From Chiloscyllium plagiosum (lineage: Eukaryota): a stretch of 26,858 nucleotides of DNA. This document shows, piece after piece, positions 22,301 to 26,858 of the stretch (its first letter is position 1; every line of letters starts with the position of its first letter). The stretch is from the NCBI RefSeq assembly GCF_004010195.1, contig NC_057717.1, forward strand, positions 107,095,474 through 107,122,331, read 5' to 3'. The notes beneath the pieces were generated by a model that was not told the origin of the DNA, searched no databases, and saw only the letters and a list, made by a program, of their open reading frames with translations. A program made the translations under genes and the position numbers.

Positions 22301-25300
22301 ATCCTGTACTGTCCACAGGGCCGTGTTATCAGGGTAAAGGGGAATATACTGATCCTGTACTGTACACAGGGCAATGTTATCAGGTTAAACGGGGAATATA
22401 CTGATCCTATACTGTATACAGGGCAGTGTTATCAGGATAAAGGGGGAATATACTGATCCTGTACTGTACACAGGACAATGTTATCAGGGTAAAGTGGAAT
22501 ATACTGATCCTGTACTGTACACAGGGCAGTGTTATCAGGGTTCAGGGGGAATATACTGATCCTGTACTGTACACAGGGCCGTGTTATCTGGGTGACGGGG
22601 AATATACTGATCCTGTACTGTACACAGGGCAAAGTTATCAGAGTATAGAGGGAATATACTGATCCTGTACTGTAAACAGGGCAGCGTTATCTGGGTGAAG
22701 GGGAATATACTCATCCTGTACTGTACACAGGGCAGTGATATCAGTGTAAAGCAGGAATATACTGATCCTGCCCTGTATACAGAGCAATGTTATCAGGGTA
22801 AAGGGGGAATATACTGATCCTATACTGTACACAGGGCAGCGTTATCTGGGTGAAGCGGAATATACGAATCCTGTACTGTACACAGGGCAGTGATATCAGT
22901 GTAAAGCAGGAATATACTGATCCTGCACTGTACACAGGGCAATGTTATCAGGGTAAAGGGGGAATATACTGATCCTGAAATGTACACAGGGCAGTGTAAT
23001 CAGGGTAAAGCGGGAATAAACTGATCCTGCCCTGTGTACAGAGCAATGTTATCAGAATAAAGGGGGAATATACTGATCCTATACTGTACACAGGGCAGTG
23101 TAATCAGTGTAAAGAGGAAATATACTCATCCTGTACTGTACATTGGGCAGTGTTATCAGTGTAAAGCGGGAATATACTGATCCTGCCCTGTACACAGGGC
23201 AATGTTATCAGGGTAAAGGGGCAGTCTCCTGATCCTGTACTGTACACTGGGCAATTTTATCAAGGTAAAGGGGGCATATACAGATCCTGAAATGTACACA
23301 GGGCAGTGATATCAGTGTAAAGCGGGAATATACTGATCCTGCACTGTACACAGAGCAATGTTATCAGGGTAAAGGGGGAATATACTGATCCTGTACTGTA
23401 CACAGTGCAGTGTTATCAGGGTAAAGCGGGATATACTGATCCTGCCCTGTATACAGAGCAATGTTATCAGGGTAAAGGGGGAATATACTGATCCTATACT
23501 GTACACAGGTCAATGTTATCAGGATAAAGAGGGGATATACTGATCCTGCACTGTACACAGGGCAATGTTATCAGGGTAAAGGGGCATATACTGATCCTGT
23601 ACTGTACACAGCGCATTGTTATCAGGGTTCAGGGGGAATATACTTATCCTGTACTGTGCACAGTGCAGTGTTATCTGGGTGAAGGGGAACATACTGATCC
23701 TGTACAGTACACAGGGCAATGTTATCTGGGTAAAGGGGGAATATACTAATCCTGTACTGTAAACAGGGCAAAGTTATCAGGGTAAAGGGGGAATATACTG
23801 ATCCTGTACTGTACACAGGGCAGTGTTATCTGGGTGATGGGGAATATACTGATCCTGTACTGTACACAGGGCAATGTTATCAGGATACAGAGGGAATATA
23901 CTGATCCTGTACTGTACACAGGGCAGAGTTATCAGGATAAAGGGGGTATATACTTATCCTGCACTTTACAGAGGGCAATGTTATCAGGGTAAAGGGGGAA
24001 TATACTAATCCTGTACTGTAAACAGGGCAGCGTTATCTGGGTGAAGGGGAATATACGAATCCTGTACTGTACACAGGGCAGTGATATCAGTGTAAAACGG
24101 GAATATACTGATCCTGCACTGTACACAGGGCAATGTTATCAGGGTAAAGGTGGAATATACTGATATTGTACTGTACACAGGGCAGTGTTATCAGGGAGTA
24201 AAGGCAGAATATACTGATCCTGTACTGTAGACAGGGCAGTGTTATGAGGGTAAAGGGGAATATAGTGTTCTTGTACTGTACACAGGGCAGTGTTACCAGG
24301 GTAATGGGGGAATTCACTGATCCTCTCCTGTACACAGGGCAGTTTTATCACGGTCAAGGGGGAATATACTAATCCTGTACTGTACACAGGGCAGTGTTAT
24401 CAGGGTCAAGGGGGAATATACTAACCCTGTACTGTACACAGGGCAGTGTTATCAGGGTAAAGGGGAAATATACAGATGCTGTTCTGTACGCAGGGCCGTG
24501 TTATCAGGGTGAAGGGGAATATACTGATCCTGTACTGTACACCGGGCAGTGTTATCAGGGTAAAGGTGGAATATACTGATCCTGTAATGTACACACGGCA
24601 GTGTTATCAGGGAGTAAAGGGGGAATATACTGATCCTGTACTGTACACAGGGCAGTGTTATCAGGGTAAAGAGGGAATATACTGATCCTGTACTGTACAC
24701 AGGGCAGTGGTATCAGGGTAAAGGAGAATATACTGATCCTGTACTGTACACAGGGCAATGTTTTCAGGTTAAAGGGGGAATATACTGATCCTGCACTGTA
24801 CATCGGCAATGTCATCAGGGTAAAGGGGCAAAAAAGTGATCCTGTACTGTACACAGGGCAGTGTTATCAGGGTAAAGGTGGAATATCCTGATCCTGTACT
24901 GTAAACAGGGCAGTGTTATCGGGGGGTAAAGGGGAATATACTGATCCTGTACTGCACACAGCGCAGTATTATCAGGGTAAAGGGGAATATACTGATCCCG
25001 TACTGTACACACGGCAGTGTTATCAGGGTAAAGGGGAATATACTGATCCTGTACTGAACACAGCGCAGTATTATCAGGGTAAAGGGGAATATACTGATCC
25101 TGTACTGTACACAGGGCAGTGTTATCAGGTAAAGGGGGAATATACTGATCCTGTACTGTACAGAGAGCAGTATTATCAGGCCAAAGGCATATGTACTAAT
25201 CCTGTATTGTACACCAGGCAGTGTCATCAGGGTAAAGGGGGAATATACTGATCCTGTACTGTACACAGGGCAGTGTTATCAGGGGGTAAAGGGGGAATAT

Positions 25301-25620
25301 ACTGATGGTGTACCATACACAGGGCAGTGGTATCAGGGTAAATGGGAATATAATGATCCTGTATTGTACACAGGGCAATGTTTTCAGGGTAAAGGGGGAA
25401 TATACTGATCCTACACTGTTCACAGGCAATGTCATCAGGGTAAAGGGGAATATACAGATCCTATATTGTACATAGGGCAATGTCATCAGGGTAAAGGGGG
25501 AATATACTAATCCTGTACTGTACACAGGGCAGTGTTATCGGGGAGGTAAAGGGGAATATACTGATCCTGTACTGTACGCAGGGCAGTGTTATCAGGGGGA
25601 AAGGGAAATATACTGATCGT
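16364..25620. repeat. ~52-bp (51-54) satellite (GGGAATATACTGATCCTGTACTGTACACAGGGCAGTGTTATCAGGGTAAAGG)n, ~175-180 copies
   Basis: Continuous head-to-tail array of ~9.25 kb; unit length varies in the G-run; recurrent diagnostic variants. Confidence 0.97.
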
Positions 25621-25637
25621 ATATCCCGTATGCAATT

Positions 25638-26858
25638 TGACAGACAACGCACACACTGCGCACTGTGCGACTGACGGTGCCTACACTGTATGCTGTGTGA
25701 CAGACATACAGTGCCCACACTGTGCGCTGTGTGACAGACAGTGCCCACACTGTACGCTGTGTGACAGACAATGTATGCTGTGTGACCGACAGACAGTGCC
25801 CACACTGTGTGCTGTGAGACAGGCAGTGCCCATACTGTACGCTGTGTGACAGACAGACAGTGCCTACACTATACGCTGTGTGACAGACAGTGCCCACACT
25901 GAGCGCTATGTGACAGACAGTGCCCACACTCAGCGCTGTGTGACAGGCAGTGCCCATACTGTACGCTGTGTGACAGACAGACAGTGCCTACACTGTGTGC
26001 TGTGTGACAGACAGTGCCCACACTGTACGCTTTGTAACAGACAGACAGTGCCCACACTGTACTCTGTGTGACAGACATACAGTGCCCACACTGTGCGCTG
26101 CGTGACAGACAGCCAATGCCCACACTGTATGCTGTGTGACAGACAGTGCCTACACTGTGTGCTGTGTGACAGACAGTGCCCACACTGTGCGCTGTGTGAC
26201 AGACAGCCAATGCCCACACTGTACGCTGTGTGACAGACAGTTCCCACACTGTACGCTGTGTTACAGACAGTGCCCACACTGTAAGCTTTATGACAGACAG
26301 TGTCCAAACTGTACCCTGTGACAGACAGTGCCCACACTGTGCAATGTGTGACAGACAATGCCCACGTTGTGTGCTATGTGAAGACAGACAGTGCCCCCAG
26401 TGTGTGCAGTGTGATGGACAGACAGTGTCCACACTGTGCGCTGTGTGACAGACAGTGCCCCCAGTGTAATGGACAGACAGTGCCCACACTGTGCGCTGTG
26501 ATAGACAGTGTCCACACTGTGCGCTGTGTGGCAATCAGTGCCCACACTGTGCACTGTGTGACAGACAATGCCCACGTTGTGTGCTATGTGAAGACAGACA
26601 GTGCCCCCAGTGTGTGCAGTGTGATGGACAGACAGTGCCCACACTGTACGCTGTGTGACAGACAGTGCCCACACTGATTGCTGTGTGACAGACAGTGCCC
26701 CCAGTGTGTGCAGTGTGATGGACAGACAGTGCCCACACTGTGCGCTGTGATAGACAGTATCCACACTGCGCGCTGTGTGACAGACAGTGCCCACACTGAT
26801 CGCTGTGTGACAGACAGTGCCCACACTGTACGCTGTGTGACAGACAGTGCCCACACTG
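25638..26858. repeat. 30/34-bp minisatellite (CAGACAGTGCCCACACTGTRCGCTGTGTGA)n, ~38 copies, continues past the window end
   Basis: Direct repeats with an optional extra GACA; internal inverted repeat ACAGTG-CCCA-CACTGT. Confidence 0.95.

Noticed and set aside
16364..26858. Dozens of short ORFs, including Cys-rich CPHC/CDRQC metallothionein- or zinc-finger-like ones
   Set aside because: All follow satellite periodicity, occur in several frames and on both strands, and are broken by unit-length changes.
3129..26858. CRISPR-like arrays (29-35-bp repeats with dyad symmetry)
   Set aside because: Repeats are head-to-tail with no unique spacers, there are no cas genes, and the context is vertebrate.
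25638..26858. V(D)J RSS heptamers (CACTGTG / CACAGTG)
   Set aside because: No ACAAAAACC-like nonamer at 12/23 spacing and no Ig or TCR segments; the match is part of the repeat unit.

Overview
Eukaryotic (vertebrate) genomic DNA, most likely from a shark/cartilaginous fish (inferred from HE1-type SINEs, CR1 LINEs and typical ~30-bp minisatellites). The only supportable gene is an intact two-exon relaxin-3 (RLN3)-like preprohormone on the + strand: CDS 4823-4997 joined to 7996-8270, 149 aa, with signal peptide, B-chain, C-peptide and A-chain. Everything else is repetitive: SINEs, decayed LINEs (one interrupted by a probable solo LTR), seven tandem-repeat arrays (29-52 bp units) and a 500-N assembly gap. 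Nearly all ORFs in the supplied track are repeat artefacts. The most unusual observation is that the 29-bp minisatellite inside the RLN3 intron carries about 25 perfect 10-nt antisense copies of that intron's own 5' splice site (a U1-like sequence), and intron retention would yield a B-chain-only product. Both ideas are hypotheses. Repeat family names come from recall, not from a database search.
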